A DNA stretch of 64,000 bases, taken from Octopus bimaculoides (lineage: Eukaryota). Numbering within the stretch: position 1 is the first letter of the stretch; every line of letters begins with the position of its first letter. The notes under the pieces are model-generated. The model made no database searches, was not told where the DNA came from, and saw only the letters and a program-made list of their open reading frames with translations. A program made the translations under genes and the position numbers. Shown piece by piece: positions 27,001 to 41,580 of this stretch. The stretch is taken from the NCBI RefSeq assembly GCF_001194135.2, contig NC_068991.1, forward strand, positions 23,221,521 through 23,285,520, in the 5' to 3' direction.

Positions 27001-30000
27001 ACCCCATTGGCTTGTGAAATATTTTGTTATAAAACATGGTGGTCATCAAGAAAATGAAGATAAATATGTAATGCAAATGACTTAGTAAATTTAATTTTTG
27101 GCCAGATTTTATATTTTAACAGAAAAATTAATAAAGACTGACAAAATATAGATGGAGGAAAGTTAGTTTTTTTTTCCTCTGCACTATTCCTATGCTTGTT
27201 CACACTGGTGTGCTGTTGACGAATTTCAGGAAGCATGTAAGTTTTGAAGGATGTAGTGCCCTGACAGCTAACAACTGATGTGGGTAGTTTACTCCATGCT
27301 TTGGCAATTCTGAGTGTGAAAAATGCATCTCTGCTGTCGTATGTATGACCACAGTATCCAACGTGCTTTTTCTTTATTTAAGACAATAGAAAGTAATTTA
27401 AGAACATTTGTATGGTCTCATGACCTGCTGGAAATACCAACCAAATATCTCTCAAATCATGTCCTCCATCTTAAATAAAGATTTTGACATACACCTAACA
27501 ATATGAGATGGTCATAGTCAGAATATCTTTGTAGGTCTTCACTATTGAGGCTGACTTAGAGCTATGCAATAGCAATCTATTGCTACACCAAGTGCCTTCA
27601 TGGCTGGGTTTTACTGGTCTGTATTGATTTTGTTTAACTGCTATGGCTGTGCTAAAATTATAGATTTGGATACTGTTAGCACAAATGCCTTTTACCAACT
27701 GAAAGAGAAACATTGGCTTTGTTTTGGACATTTTTCTTCTTTTGCTGGTCAGCCAGAATTATGTACCTTGTTTGTGTGACAAGCATAACTTTTGCCAATG
27801 ACATTTTTTTCTTTTACATTCTTTTTCTATGCTTGCAAAGATAGTATGGTATAGTTTACCATTCACTACACAACCAACTAGGTGTGGAACTATTTTTTTT
27901 TTTTTCAGTCAAATAATCACATGAATAAGCAAATTATGTGATTTTGCAACTGCTGAATGCAACAGCTGCAGTCAATAACATAAGACATTGTTTTCACAAT
28001 TATTGATTTTTTACCAGTGGTGGTAGTCTTTTTTTTTTATCAGTGCTTGATAAAGCAGTCAGGTAACCATGATCAAGCAATATTTTTTGACTTTTTCAAT
28101 AACTGAATACAACAGCTGCAATCACCACCATCAGTATCATCATCATCTGGAACAATATTCTCATGATTGTTTTTTTTTTTATTGCTAGTAGCAGTTGTTT
28201 AACTTCAGGTTATCCCTGATGAAGTAGATCTATGATCAAATGTGTTCCAGCTGTCACCAAGTCATCCAAATTTAGACAGTGTATTTAGGACTACATTTCT
28301 GTTTTAAGAGAGTAGGATGTGATTTGAGAGAGATTTGTTTGCTTTTTCTTACAAATTGAACAACTGTGTAGAGCAATGTTCAGGATTGTCTTACCAGCAT
28401 TATAAGTCCCTAGGCTAATTAATGCACTGAACCCAATAGTATATATTTATTGACAGCAAACCAGAGTATGTACAGATTAGAATTGGACCCCTAGACCTGT
28501 GAGGACCCGGGCAACTGTTCAGTGTGGCCATACTTAAAGACAGTACAGGCAGTATTTCTTAAATGATGTGCCACAATACACTGGTGTGTTGCAAAGAATA
28601 CTGCTAAGTGCACTGCACATTTTTTAGAATATTTTTAAGGCTTTAGAAAAGCCATAATAATGTTTGTCTCAAAAACATGTCATTCACAATTTTGACACAA
28701 AGTATTATTAATAAAACAAGATAAGTAATAGTTTCCTATATTCTTTCTACATTTTTAACTTTAAAACATTTTTCTTTTCTTTTTTTTTTGTTTTTTAAGC
28801 TTTCAATACATAGTGCTCTAGTGATTTTTAACTTTCTATGGGAGTGCAGCAGTAAGTTTTTGTTCAATCGCCTGTGTGCCATGGAGTCAGAATGTTTGAG
28901 AAGCAGTAGTGTAGAAGCTCACTGTCATAGTCTAAGTTTTCTATTAGTCATAAGAGGAGTGGGGAGTGTCCATCACCTTTGTTGGCCCTAGTGAACAGTG
29001 AAGTGAGATCAATGAGATTGAGGTCTGCAGGAAAAATATAAGGAAGTACAAAGAGGAAATTCCAGAGGATAGTAGTTCTGATGAAACAAAATAAGGATGT
29101 GGGGCATGCAGCTAAGAAGTTCAGAGGAGCAAGGATCATTGATATAGTGATAGAAATGACAGAAAAAAGAAACAGCACAGTTGTAAACCAGTGGTTGTAG
29201 TATGTTGGTGAGTTGTTGTTGCCAATCAGACTTCAGCTTTTTCCATTGTCTAGGAGTTAGAATGTGCAGTAGCAGTACTATCCCAAAATATATGATATAT
29301 ACATTAATATGGGTCTCACTAGTTGCATGACTTTCAGAGGCTCCCTGCAACTTTTTGTTTTGAGACCCCATCTCTTCAATCAAAATTTATAATCTACACA
29401 CCTTTTATTCATAGCTATATTTTACTTTATTCTATCTGAAGTTCAATATTTCATATTATCCTAAAAGACTTCTTTAAAAGTACAAGTTAAATTTATTTAG
29501 GGCTGGAACTATCATATTATTTCATGTTTAGGAAGGCCAACATTTAATAGGATTGAATATTTAATTGATGGACTCACAAATATTAGAAGACAAGCATTTC
29601 AATATAACAATTGTGAAGTATAGTTGTCTCAGCTTTTGTATACAAAAAGTTTATTCAAAAATGTTAAAATACAAAAAAATTTCAGTCCAAAACAAAGCAA
29701 ACTATTTAAAATTATATATTTTTGAAAAATAGACGTGAATGTTCTCAAAGACTTGATAACAGTCGAAAAAGCCTTTTTTAAATTCTATATTTCACTGTTA
29801 GCTGTTGCAATATTTCGATTGGATTGACAATTCTACAATTCAAACTGTAAAGTCAAAATACCAAAGATGCAAAATATGAAGAATTTCTTACCTTTCTCTG
29901 AAATCACAAATTCAAGGGAAAAATAGTACCTTACAAACTAAAATACCTCAATCATAAACTAGTTACCACTGAAGAATTGAGATACTTGGTGACAGTGAAC

Positions 30001-30278
30001 AAACAATATCTGTATCCCTATATATGTACATAGGTAGGTTCAATTCAGCAAAGTTTCTGGAGTCCCTTTTGGCAAGTGACTTGAAGGTTCAGCTGCTGAA
30101 CTTTGTTTAAAAAAGTAAATAAATGAAATAAGACAATTTTTTTTTCTTGAAAGTTCTATATATAATAGATGTGTACAAACAATTCTAGCAACAAAATTCT
30201 TGATAAAAATTGTAAACTTTGCTTTTTTTTTTTTTTTTTTNNNNNNNNNNTGGAGTGATGCCAGTTTCTGGAGATTGA
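3906..30278 (+). CDS. ERLEC1: Endoplasmic reticulum lectin 1 (XTP3-B), spliced gene model; 5' exon(s) outside window, last exon partly in N gap
   Basis: 12 GT-AG exons join in frame (1215 nt). Two MRH domains: [23 protein letters not shown]...[12 protein letters not shown]...[20 protein letters not shown] and [17 protein letters not shown]...[12 protein letters not shown]...[11 protein letters not shown]. The Q/R/E/Y sugar-binding residues are present in both. Exon order matches vertebrate ERLEC1 as recalled. Confidence 0.95.
5645..6056. mobile_element. hAT-type non-autonomous DNA transposon (MITE)
   Basis: Termini CAAAGGTGGGCACC / GGTGCCCAGTTTTG; 8-bp TSD CTTTTTAC / CTTATTAC; many GTTAAC subterminal motifs. 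Confidence 0.75.
6564..6644 (+). CDS. ERLEC1: ERLEC1 exon ([27 protein letters not shown])
   Basis: ttttgtttctcag / gtaatt; 81 nt; ends in CSYR, the start of MRH1. Confidence 0.92.
6870..8600 (-). mobile_element. Cluster of about five SINE copies carrying the gcctttcatcctttcggggtcgataaa domain (Meta-domain-like), with (ATA)n tracts; one RTE-tail copy inside
   Basis: Repeated aaaggatgaaaggcaaagtcgac...gaatttgaactcagaac units at ~6913, 7598, 7833, 8248, 8500. Confidence 0.8.
9240..9317 (+). CDS. ERLEC1: ERLEC1 exon ([26 protein letters not shown])
   Basis: ccttcatag / gtaagt; 78 nt; MRH1 signature. Confidence 0.97.
11120..11700 (-). mobile_element. RTE-associated retroposon 3' region with an internal minisatellite
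   Basis: (CAT)n plus reverse complement of the tail seen at 1-130 and 18105-18285. Confidence 0.85.
11307..11469. repeat. Perfect 26-bp minisatellite, 6 copies plus 7 bp
   Basis: Unit actggcacgaaggccagtcaggaggt, all six copies identical. Confidence 0.97.
11893..11956 (+). CDS. ERLEC1: ERLEC1 exon ([21 protein letters not shown])
   Basis: ttgttgttacag / gtaagt; 64 nt, phase 0->1; EYFLG motif. Confidence 0.93.
13305..14525. mobile_element. Three piggyBac-like MITE copies (TTAA-CCCT...AGG-TTAA ends), with an RTE-tail retroposon at 13500-13935
   Basis: Shared block ttcattattttcaaaattaa-tgaaacaaa...gtgtattttaacagaaatat at ~13450, 14040, 14460; ttaaccctttt at 14315; aaaggttaa at 14100. Confidence 0.6.
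15288..15325 (+). CDS. ERLEC1: ERLEC1 small exon ([13 protein letters not shown])
   Basis: tttttttatttgcag / gtaagt; 38 nt, phase 1->0, restores the frame between its neighbours. Confidence 0.85.
16350..16763 (-). mobile_element. tRNA-derived SINE, family 1, near full length
   Basis: Head, (TA/TG)n linker and tail as in the other copies. Confidence 0.88.
17071..17291 (+). CDS. ERLEC1: ERLEC1 exon (VHTRKVDG...[18 protein letters not shown])
   Basis: ctcattctag / gtaagt; 221 nt, phase 0->2; C-terminal half of MRH1. Confidence 0.97.
17298..17517. repeat. Compound (CT)n/(CTGT)n microsatellite, ~220 bp
   Basis: Direct reading; begins immediately after the gtaagt donor. Confidence 0.97.
18105..18285 (+). 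mobile_element. RTE-associated retroposon 3' end, young copy
   Basis: Near-identical to 11120-11310 in the opposite orientation; (GAC/GAT)n tail. Confidence 0.85.
18437..18563 (+). CDS. ERLEC1: ERLEC1 exon ([21 protein letters not shown]...EDEAN)
   Basis: atttaattctag / gtaagc; 127 nt, phase 2->0; resembles human VNDIFCQSLPGSPFKP. Confidence 0.93.
18719..19031 (-). mobile_element. tRNA-derived SINE with V-domain-like centre, nested in a piggyBac-like MITE (18654-19195)
   Basis: tgttgtgttcttgaacaagacactt centre; 12-bp TSD GTCTTGAATTAA at 18707-18718 and 19032-19043. Confidence 0.78.
20294..20677 (-). mobile_element. tRNA-derived SINE, family 2 (tail X)
   Basis: Head gcgcaatggcccagtggttagggcagc; TSD atgacat(a/c)gg on both sides; matches 38363-38743. 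Confidence 0.88.
22104..22286 (+). CDS. ERLEC1: ERLEC1 exon (VFDKSS...[18 protein letters not shown])
   Basis: tttgtttgttcag / gtatgt; 183 nt; resembles human TDDQLIKEFLSGSYCFRG. Confidence 0.93.
22790..23147 (+). mobile_element. RTE-associated retroposon 3' region, older copy
   Basis: gttagaaaggacatccacctgtagaaac...ggatgttaaatgatgatg tail. Confidence 0.75.
23540..23599 (+). CDS. ERLEC1: ERLEC1 exon ([20 protein letters not shown])
   Basis: attatttcacag / gtaagt; 60 nt; MRH2 signature. Confidence 0.97.
23802..23911 (+). CDS. ERLEC1: ERLEC1 exon ([21 protein letters not shown]...IGKR)
   Basis: cttctttaatatag / gtgacc; 110 nt, phase 0->2. Confidence 0.93.
25626..25703 (+). CDS. ERLEC1: ERLEC1 exon ([25 protein letters not shown])
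   Basis: ttctattcacag / gtaagt; 78 nt, phase 2->2. Confidence 0.95.
26572..26650 (+). CDS. ERLEC1: ERLEC1 exon ([26 protein letters not shown])
   Basis: attttactcag / gtaagt; 79 nt, phase 2->0. Confidence 0.96.
30241..30250. other. Assembly gap (others: 6803-6812, 39625-39724, 40975-41315, 46644-46863, 53493-53536)
   Basis: Runs of N. Confidence 1.
30251..30278 (+). CDS. ERLEC1: Probable visible 3' end of the ERLEC1 last exon (GVMPVSGD*)
   Basis: Follows a T18 tract and a 10-N gap; reads GGA GTG ATG CCA GTT TCT GGA GAT TGA, resembling human ...[16 protein letters not shown] at 30319-30324. Confidence 0.6.
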
Positions 30279-30383
30279 AGCAGTATTATTAGTGTTGGAA
30301 ACTAAAATATTTTTATACATTAAAAAAAAAATCTATAAAAACAATGTATTGTTTCATTTTATTTGCATTACATAGATATGTAA

Positions 30384-30665
30384 GGGCATGGCTATGTGGT
30401 AAGAAGTTTGCTTCTCAACGACATGGTTCCAGGTACAGTCCCTCTGTGTGGTACCTTGGATAAGTGTCTTCTATTATAGCCTTGGGACAACTAAAGCCTT
30501 GTGAGTGGATTTGGTAGATGGAAACTGAAAGAAGCCTATCATGTATATGTGTGTGTGTCTCTAACCAGTGTTGGTGTGTCCTCATAACTTAGCAATTCAA
30601 CAAAATAGTACCAGGCTTTCCAAAATAAGTATTGGGGTTGAGTTGTTCAACTAGAATTCTTCAAG
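30384..30665 (+). mobile_element. tRNA-derived SINE, family 1, diverged
   Basis: ggctatgtggtaagaagtttgc head and aaactgaaagaagcc body. Confidence 0.75.
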
Positions 30666-31106
30666 TAAAAGATTTTTCTAAGTTATACTTCTAGCATCTC
30701 TTTCTAGGTGTGATGTATGTAACAGCAAATTCTGAGAGCTCTATGGAGCATCACCAAGAAATATGATGCTTTGTGGTAGTGAAACTTTGATAGTGACATC
30801 TCTTGTTTAGTTCCATTTCAGCCTTGGCCAAGCAGATCTATTATTAGAAACATTCTAACTGTGACTATCCTTTCTTTTTATGATATCTAGGATTATATTA
30901 TCCAATATGTCCTGTCCATTTTCTGATATTTCTTGCAAATTGTGTGTTCATGTAGAAGTTCCTTCATGTGCCTGTAGGTTCATGGTGGTCACCGAAGAAG
31001 TGGGTTAGGTGAACTCAGTTGGAACAAGACAGTTGCTGTTTTGGTGCACTTATGTCTAGTGGTGTAGATCCCAACAATATTTGGGGCTAATATGAATATT
31101 GAAACT

Positions 31107-31289
31107 TGAGTGGCAAGCTTGCAGAATCATGCTGAGCAGAATTTCATCCATCTTTACATTCTGAGTTTAAATTCTACTGAGGTCGACTTTGCCTTTCATT
31201 ATGGGGTCAATAGAATATCAATTGAACATTGAGGTCAATGTAATCGACTTAACCCTGAAATTGCTGGTCTTATGCCAAAATTTGAAACC
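31107..31289 (+). mobile_element. Meta-domain-like SINE with an 18-bp TSD
   Basis: AATATGAATATTGAAACT at 31089-31106 and 31290-31307; gtcgactttgcctttcat centre. Confidence 0.82.
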
Positions 31290-31953
31290 AATATGAATAT
31301 TGAAACTGATGGGATAGTTTCAATATAATGACATTGTAATAATATTCCTGAATGTTCAAGACTCTGTTTGGGGTAATTAAACATGGAATGTAGATTACAG
31401 CCTAAAGTCAATCCTGATTAAGAAAACTGATGACTAAAGTATTAAAAATAATTACTGAGATTAGCAAAACACTGGCATTATGCTAAATTCCAAAAAATAT
31501 CATGAGATTTCTTTTTCACGGAGTAATAGGAATTTACATATTCCTCACTCTTTATTAATATGGCCACATCCTTCCAGTGTGGTACTAATAATAAACATTA
31601 TGTACAAACCTAGACACATTTTGATATGTCTTCTAAAAGGGTGGTGGTTCAACTGAAATTACCACATATATAAACTGATATATCCTGTTTGTTTTCTACA
31701 TCTTGCTCTTTAATCACTTCATACTTGACTGAGTAGCATTGTATATATGCAAGCTTGGCTGTGTGGCTAAAAATTTCATTTTGAAACTACATAGTTCCAG
31801 ATTCAATCCCACAGCATAGCACATCAGATATCTTCCACCATTGCCTTATGCAATACATATATATATATATAAATGTGAACATAAAACAAATTGTAATTTG
31901 AATTGTTCACTTTTTTGAGAGATGACTGAATAGAAAGTACCTTACTTCAATTT

Positions 31954-32196
31954 CGAGGTGGTATCAAAAAGTTCCTGGATTAGCAGATTTAGCACCTGCA
32001 GACTTCCATCACTTTCCCATTTTAGCACTGTTGTCAAGATCTAGAGTGAATCATAAAAGGCCCTCAACTTCCAGGACAGATTCCAAAAGTGGCAGGAACC
32101 CTGGGACTGGTGTATTGCTGTGCAAGGTGACTATTCCAAAGGAGATGATGTTAAAACTTCGGTAAATAAGTTATTTTTTATTAAACTTTTTGATAC
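31954..32196 (+). mobile_element. Mariner internal-deletion derivative
   Basis: TIR-like cgaggtggtatcaaaaagtt / aactttttgatac; residual C-terminus FQDRFQKWQEPWDWCIAVQGDY. Confidence 0.7.
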
Positions 32197-32260
32197 ATAT
32201 GTTTGATTTTTAATATTGCACATACACTAGATTACATATTAGGAGTCATCCTGATATATA

Positions 32261-33427
32261 TTGGTTCATCCCATAAATAATGCAGTTTTTTTTACACTTC
32301 TTTTATTTTTCAAAATTAAGATAAAGTCCTTTTTTAATCTAAAATATACTCTCCTTCATTTTCTACAATGTTCTTCCATCTATCTGGTAGACTTGCAAGG
32401 GCCCTCTTCCAAAATTCACTTGCCCATGATGGAAAATACTCCTCCACTGACCTTATCTACAGAATTCAGGTTTTTTCCATCCAAATGATAATCAGATGGG
32501 AGCAATGTCCAGCAAATATGGTGGGTGGGACATCATTTCCCATTGAAACTGCTCCAGCCTTTGGAATGTCATCCTTGCTTGTATGTGGCCAAGCATTATC
32601 CTGATGGAAGAACACCTTTCATCTTGAAACCAAAGATGGTAATTTTTCTTCTAGTGCTGTCTTAAGCCACTCAAAGTAGATCTCCTTTGTTATCGTTTGG
32701 TTTGGGTTTAAAAGTTCAGTGAACTAAACCTTTCATATCCCACCAAACATGGGTGAAAACCTGGGGTGCTAGTGTTTCTCCTTTCCCTACCCACTGTCTT
32801 CAGCACTTGACATTTTTATGGAGAACCCATTTCTAGTAACCAGTCCAAAAAACGTTCATTCATGAGATGTGACAGCAAAGAAGAGCGCTCATTTACTCTC
32901 TGCATGTGATTAGGCTCAGAAAGTTTGAGGAACCCACTGACCCAAATTGTTGACTTTTCTGATAGCACACAGACATTGATAAATGGTTGAGTGACCAAAT
33001 CCAAGCTTCTCTGCTAGTTCCTCTACAGTTACAATGGGATTTTGTTCCACCAGGGTTTGCAGGACATCAAGCTCTACAGATCTTCCAGGATGAGGCTCAT
33101 CTTCTAAGCTGTAGCTTCTGGAACCACCGTTGACACTGGCTTACGTTTATTGCCCAATCCCCATATACTGCATTAATATTCCTTGCACTTTCCATTGTGT
33201 TGTTGCCTTTATTGAACTCAAAGCAAAATATGCTCCTTTGTCACTTCCATTAAAGCTTTGAAAAAATAACCATTAAAATCGAACTGCACTCTTCAAAACT
33301 TGCATTAAAGAATAAATACAAAGTAAAATTACTACCTGCTTTCATAGTAAATTGCAGGTTATCCCATCCCCCTCTGACTTTTAGTTCATGCAGTTGAAAA
33401 AAAAAACACGTTTATGGGATGACCGAA
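32261..33427 (-). mobile_element. Decayed full-length mariner (~1.17 kb)
   Basis: TIRs ttggttcatcccataaa / tttatgggatgaccgaa flanked by TA. Remnant peptides EDEPHPGRS, GQWVP, FHQDNAWPH, RWKNIVENEGEYILD*, with stops and frameshifts. Confidence 0.82.
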
Positions 33428-33869
33428 TATATTTGTATGTATATGTATATATAATTTAGTCATCGCTAATTGTGACTATGTGCTAGGAGCACATATATTG
33501 CTAGAAACAAGAGTTAAACCACTTATAGCTGCATAAAAGTACATTGCCATATACTGACAGGGTAGATAACTGTTCTATGAGCAAAGCAAAGCTAGAACAC
33601 TGGACTAGTTTCATCCTAATGGGAATTGCCAACAGTGGAACCTCTATTGCTTCCATGGAACAACTAATTTTCTCTGTCAGTATATATATTTATGGCTAAT
33701 TTAGCAAAATGCCAACATGATGGTGGAACAGTGAAGAAGAGAGTATCACAGAGGAAAGAAACAGACATGGAAGGACTGGAAGAATGGGGCATAACAGAGA
33801 ACTATACTAGGTAGCTAAAGGAGAAGCTGAAAGTTTGCCCATGTTCTGTGGTATGAGGACCAGAGGTAT

Positions 33870-34185
33870 GAGGTGTCCTGGATTGCAAGACAGTGTATTA
33901 AAGAGAAGTATGTCCAGATGGATGATAAGTACACTTGCATTTAGTGACTCTGAAAAGAAAGAGGCATGGAAGTGTCGCTATGAAAGACTGCTAAATGTAG
34001 AGAATGTATGGTAAAAGGATAGTCTTCCTAATATGGACCTAACAGAGGCATTAGCTATCAGATTTGACAGTTGTATTGTAGATAAGGCTATTAAGGATAT
34101 GGACACAGAAAGCCTCTGGTCCATCAGGAACTACTGTTGAGATGCTTGAAATATTTGTTGAGTGGGATATGACCTAGTCTATATG
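33870..34185 (+). mobile_element. RTE LINE fragment (pre-RT linker)
   Basis: KKEAWKCRYERLLNVEN...DKAIKDM; homologous to 50845 onward. Confidence 0.7.
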
Positions 34186-34459
34186 TAATGAAGCTCTTGA
34201 TGAAAGTTGAAGCTCTGAAAATGGGTTTATTTATGGATGGATAAGATTCTGTAACATCAAATGGAGTCAATTTGTAGTTGTTTGTCAAAATACTGCTGAA
34301 GTATTTCGTTATAGATATACTATTGTTCAAAATTTGATTGTAAAAAATAAAATTACAGCCTTTGTGAATGAAACTAATATGACAGAATAAATTATTTTAT
34401 AAAATAAAAAGCTGAAAATTTCAAAATAAAATGTATTTATTTTAGTATATGTACATATG

Positions 34460-38743
<4,284 letters not shown>

Positions 38744-39522
38744 ATAGTGAAAGTAATTATATTTCCCATCAATCAAAAATTACCATTGATTCTACCGTAC
38801 ACAGACAACGCTGACAGAATTTACCAAACTATCCCATACCAAACAGAGGGTTGCTCTGAAGTGTCTGATTGTGCTGCACTGTCTGAGATTATCAATAAAC
38901 ACTAAATTTTATTTTCCTACAAACATATAAACATGTACATCTTTTAGAACATTGTCATTTTATAAGATTTTGCAAGCAAATCCTTAAATTAAATTAAATT
39001 CTTGGTTAATGTTTACATCTTGACCTGGAAATGAAAAAAGTACTGGAATGAGTGTAAAACAATGTGTAAGAAACGAATATGTAAAAAAAAAAATGCGCGC
39101 AAAGCAACGGGAGGGTGAGGAGAGAACTTCGGAAAATTCACAAGGTCCGAGCTTTTTCCTGCATAACTTTTAGGAAAATGTGGGGTTTTTTCAATGAAAT
39201 TTTATATAAATACCTCTGAAACGGCATAAATTACGGTTATAATGTAATTTGTGGGGAAAATTTTGAGATGGGGTGAGGACTTTCGGAAAATTCCCAAGAT
39301 CCAAATTTTTCCTCGTTATATTTCGAAATCACATTCAACTTTCTACAGATATTTCTATCCACTTTCAATAACTTTTAGTGTTTTGGCTTCAATTTTGTTT
39401 CATTTTCAATTATTTTTACGCTTTTTTAACCCTTCGTTGTTATTCGCATTCACTCGTTATTACTTTCTCTCACTCTCTATCTATATACATAGAGATAGTT
39501 AGATAGATACATATATACTCAC

Positions 39523-39620
39523 GCCGCCACCTCTTCAATTATCTGGCCATTGAAAATTCCTATGAAAATGACGACTACCGAATAAGTGTCACATATTTTT
39601 ACAGACAAATTCCTCTATTT
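39523..39620 (-). other. TRMT61A: Candidate non-coding first exon of TRMT61A
   Basis: Strong donor GC|gtgagt at 39523/39522; matching acceptor tttatacag before 38216, 35 nt upstream of the ATG. The 5' limit is unknown (gap). Confidence 0.4.
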
Positions 39621-39800
39621 ACATNNNNNNNNNNNNNNNNNNNNNNNNNNNNNNNNNNNNNNNNNNNNNNNNNNNNNNNNNNNNNNNNNNNNNNNNNNNN
39701 NNNNNNNNNNNNNNNNNNNNNNNNGTGTGTGTATACATATACATACATATATATAGTTTTAAATCTCTGAGCAAGAAGTAAGTAGTAACACTGCAACAGA

Positions 39801-40072
39801 GTAAAATCTATTTGACGACGTAAATTGGCAGTCCTGATTAGGATGATGTTACTACCTCTTTTAGCCACAGGAAAACATCTTTTCCAGCTGGCTACCGATG
39901 CACAACTGCATCCTAATACCTCAAACAAGGATGCCAATGTCCCCACTCAGCCTTAAACGGTACGCAGTTGTACGTCAGTAGCCAGCTGGAAAAGATGTTT
40001 ATCTGGGGCTAAAGAAGTTATTAACATCATCCTAATCAGGACTGCCAATTTACATTGGCAAATCGATTTTGC
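39801..40072. repeat. Long inverted repeat (~111-bp arms, 50-bp spacer)
   Basis: 39810-39911 versus reverse complement of 39962-40063: 14 mismatches in 102 bp, no indels. Confidence 0.92.
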
Positions 40073-40103
40073 TATATAGATAGATAGACAGACAGACAGA
40101 CAA

Positions 40104-40146
<43 letters not shown>

Positions 40147-40234
40147 TTTGCTTCCAAACCACATGGTTCGAGGTTCAGTCCTGCTGCATGATACCTTGGG
40201 CAACTGCCTTCTATTATAGCCTCAAACCTCAATA

Positions 40235-40395
40235 CAGAGCTGGACGTAAGTTTGTTAATCCGTTAATTGTTTGTTTTCGTTAACGATTTAACTTTTAAAT
40301 TAACTGTAAATATCATAATCAGACTAATCAACTTCCATTACACTTAGTTTTCATTAACTGAAGTTCGTTAACCCACCAAATTTCATAAAAACCGG
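40235..40395. mobile_element. Partial second copy of the GTTAAC-rich hAT-type MITE
   Basis: Starts CAGAGCTGGAC; similar to the reverse complement of 5900-6056. Confidence 0.55.
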
Positions 40396-41315
40396 TAAAC
40401 ATTTAAAAGTTTCTATTGTTTTCAGATTGTCTTAGCATATTTATTATTGCCCATGTCATTCTTCCAACGCTGATATAACGCCACTTATTACAATAAATAA
40501 CTTGTAGGACCTCATTTGGCCCTTCCTGGATTTGAAACCAAAACCCACTCGCTTGTTGCTTGCTAAGACAGTAGAAAATTTCTTTGTCCGGTCAATAGTG
40601 ATTGATGTGCTTCCATTTGATCCATGGCCTCACTGAGGTGGATGTCAATAGAGGAAATATTGACTGCCGTAAAGTGAAAAAAATAAATGAAAGGAAAAAA
40701 GTTGGTAAATATTTCGGTGTGAACGCAAATAGCTGTTACGTGGTAGCAAGGCATGCTAGAAATAGCAGCCAAATATTTCCTTTACCGGAAAAAGGAGCCA
40801 TTTATGCGTGATTTCGATGTCACATTTGTTGAAAGCATGCAAAATAATCCAGAAAAGAATAAAAGACTCGTGAAAGAAAACTTCCTTGGTGGGAAACTTT
40901 GAGGTCACCACGACCCCTCCCACCTTTCTTTTCTGGAAAAAAAATGGCTTGCAGTGCGTTTGGAGGTCAGATACNNNNNNNNNNNNNNNNNNNNNNNNNN
41001 NNNNNNNNNNNNNNNNNNNNNNNNNNNNNNNNNNNNNNNNNNNNNNNNNNNNNNNNNNNNNNNNNNNNNNNNNNNNNNNNNNNNNNNNNNNNNNNNNNNN
41101 NNNNNNNNNNNNNNNNNNNNNNNNNNNNNNNNNNNNNNNNNNNNNNNNNNNNNNNNNNNNNNNNNNNNNNNNNNNNNNNNNNNNNNNNNNNNNNNNNNNN
41201 NNNNNNNNNNNNNNNNNNNNNNNNNNNNNNNNNNNNNNNNNNNNNNNNNNNNNNNNNNNNNNNNNNNNNNNNNNNNNNNNNNNNNNNNNNNNNNNNNNNN
41301 NNNNNNNNNNNNNNN

Positions 41316-41485
41316 GGGGAGAGTCATTCTCTTATTGTGCCTTAAAATTTAACACACTCACCGGTAAAATTTCCACTTATTTCTTATTTTTATTTTCCTA
41401 AAATTTTCGTTGCGTCTTGCAACCTTTTCAATAGTCTTGACTATTGTGTTAAATTTTAACGCACAATAAGAAAATGACTCTCCCC
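41316..41485. mobile_element. MITE-like element with 41-bp TIRs (GGGG...CCCC)
   Basis: 41316-41356 versus 41445-41485: 39/41 match; left flank lies in the gap. Confidence 0.75.
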
Positions 41486-41580
41486 AGACACAGAATATGC
41501 TTCAACACACGAAATCACATAAAAAAATCTTGCAAACCAAATCCAAAAACGAAATATATATATATATATATATATATATG

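Noticed and set aside
29640-30110. Possible antisense terminal exon ([20 protein letters not shown]) and AATAAA at 29655-29650
   Set aside because: Short peptide with no recognisable homology; such motifs are common in AT-rich introns.
30708-30790. Acceptor-like tttctag followed by an ORF as the ERLEC1 last exon
   Set aside because: Stop after one codon in the required frame; MLCGSET matches an RTE LINE remnant.
40886-41401. Long ORFs across N runs (also 39599-39946, 46500-46974, 53345-53720)
   Set aside because: Open only because of assembly gaps.
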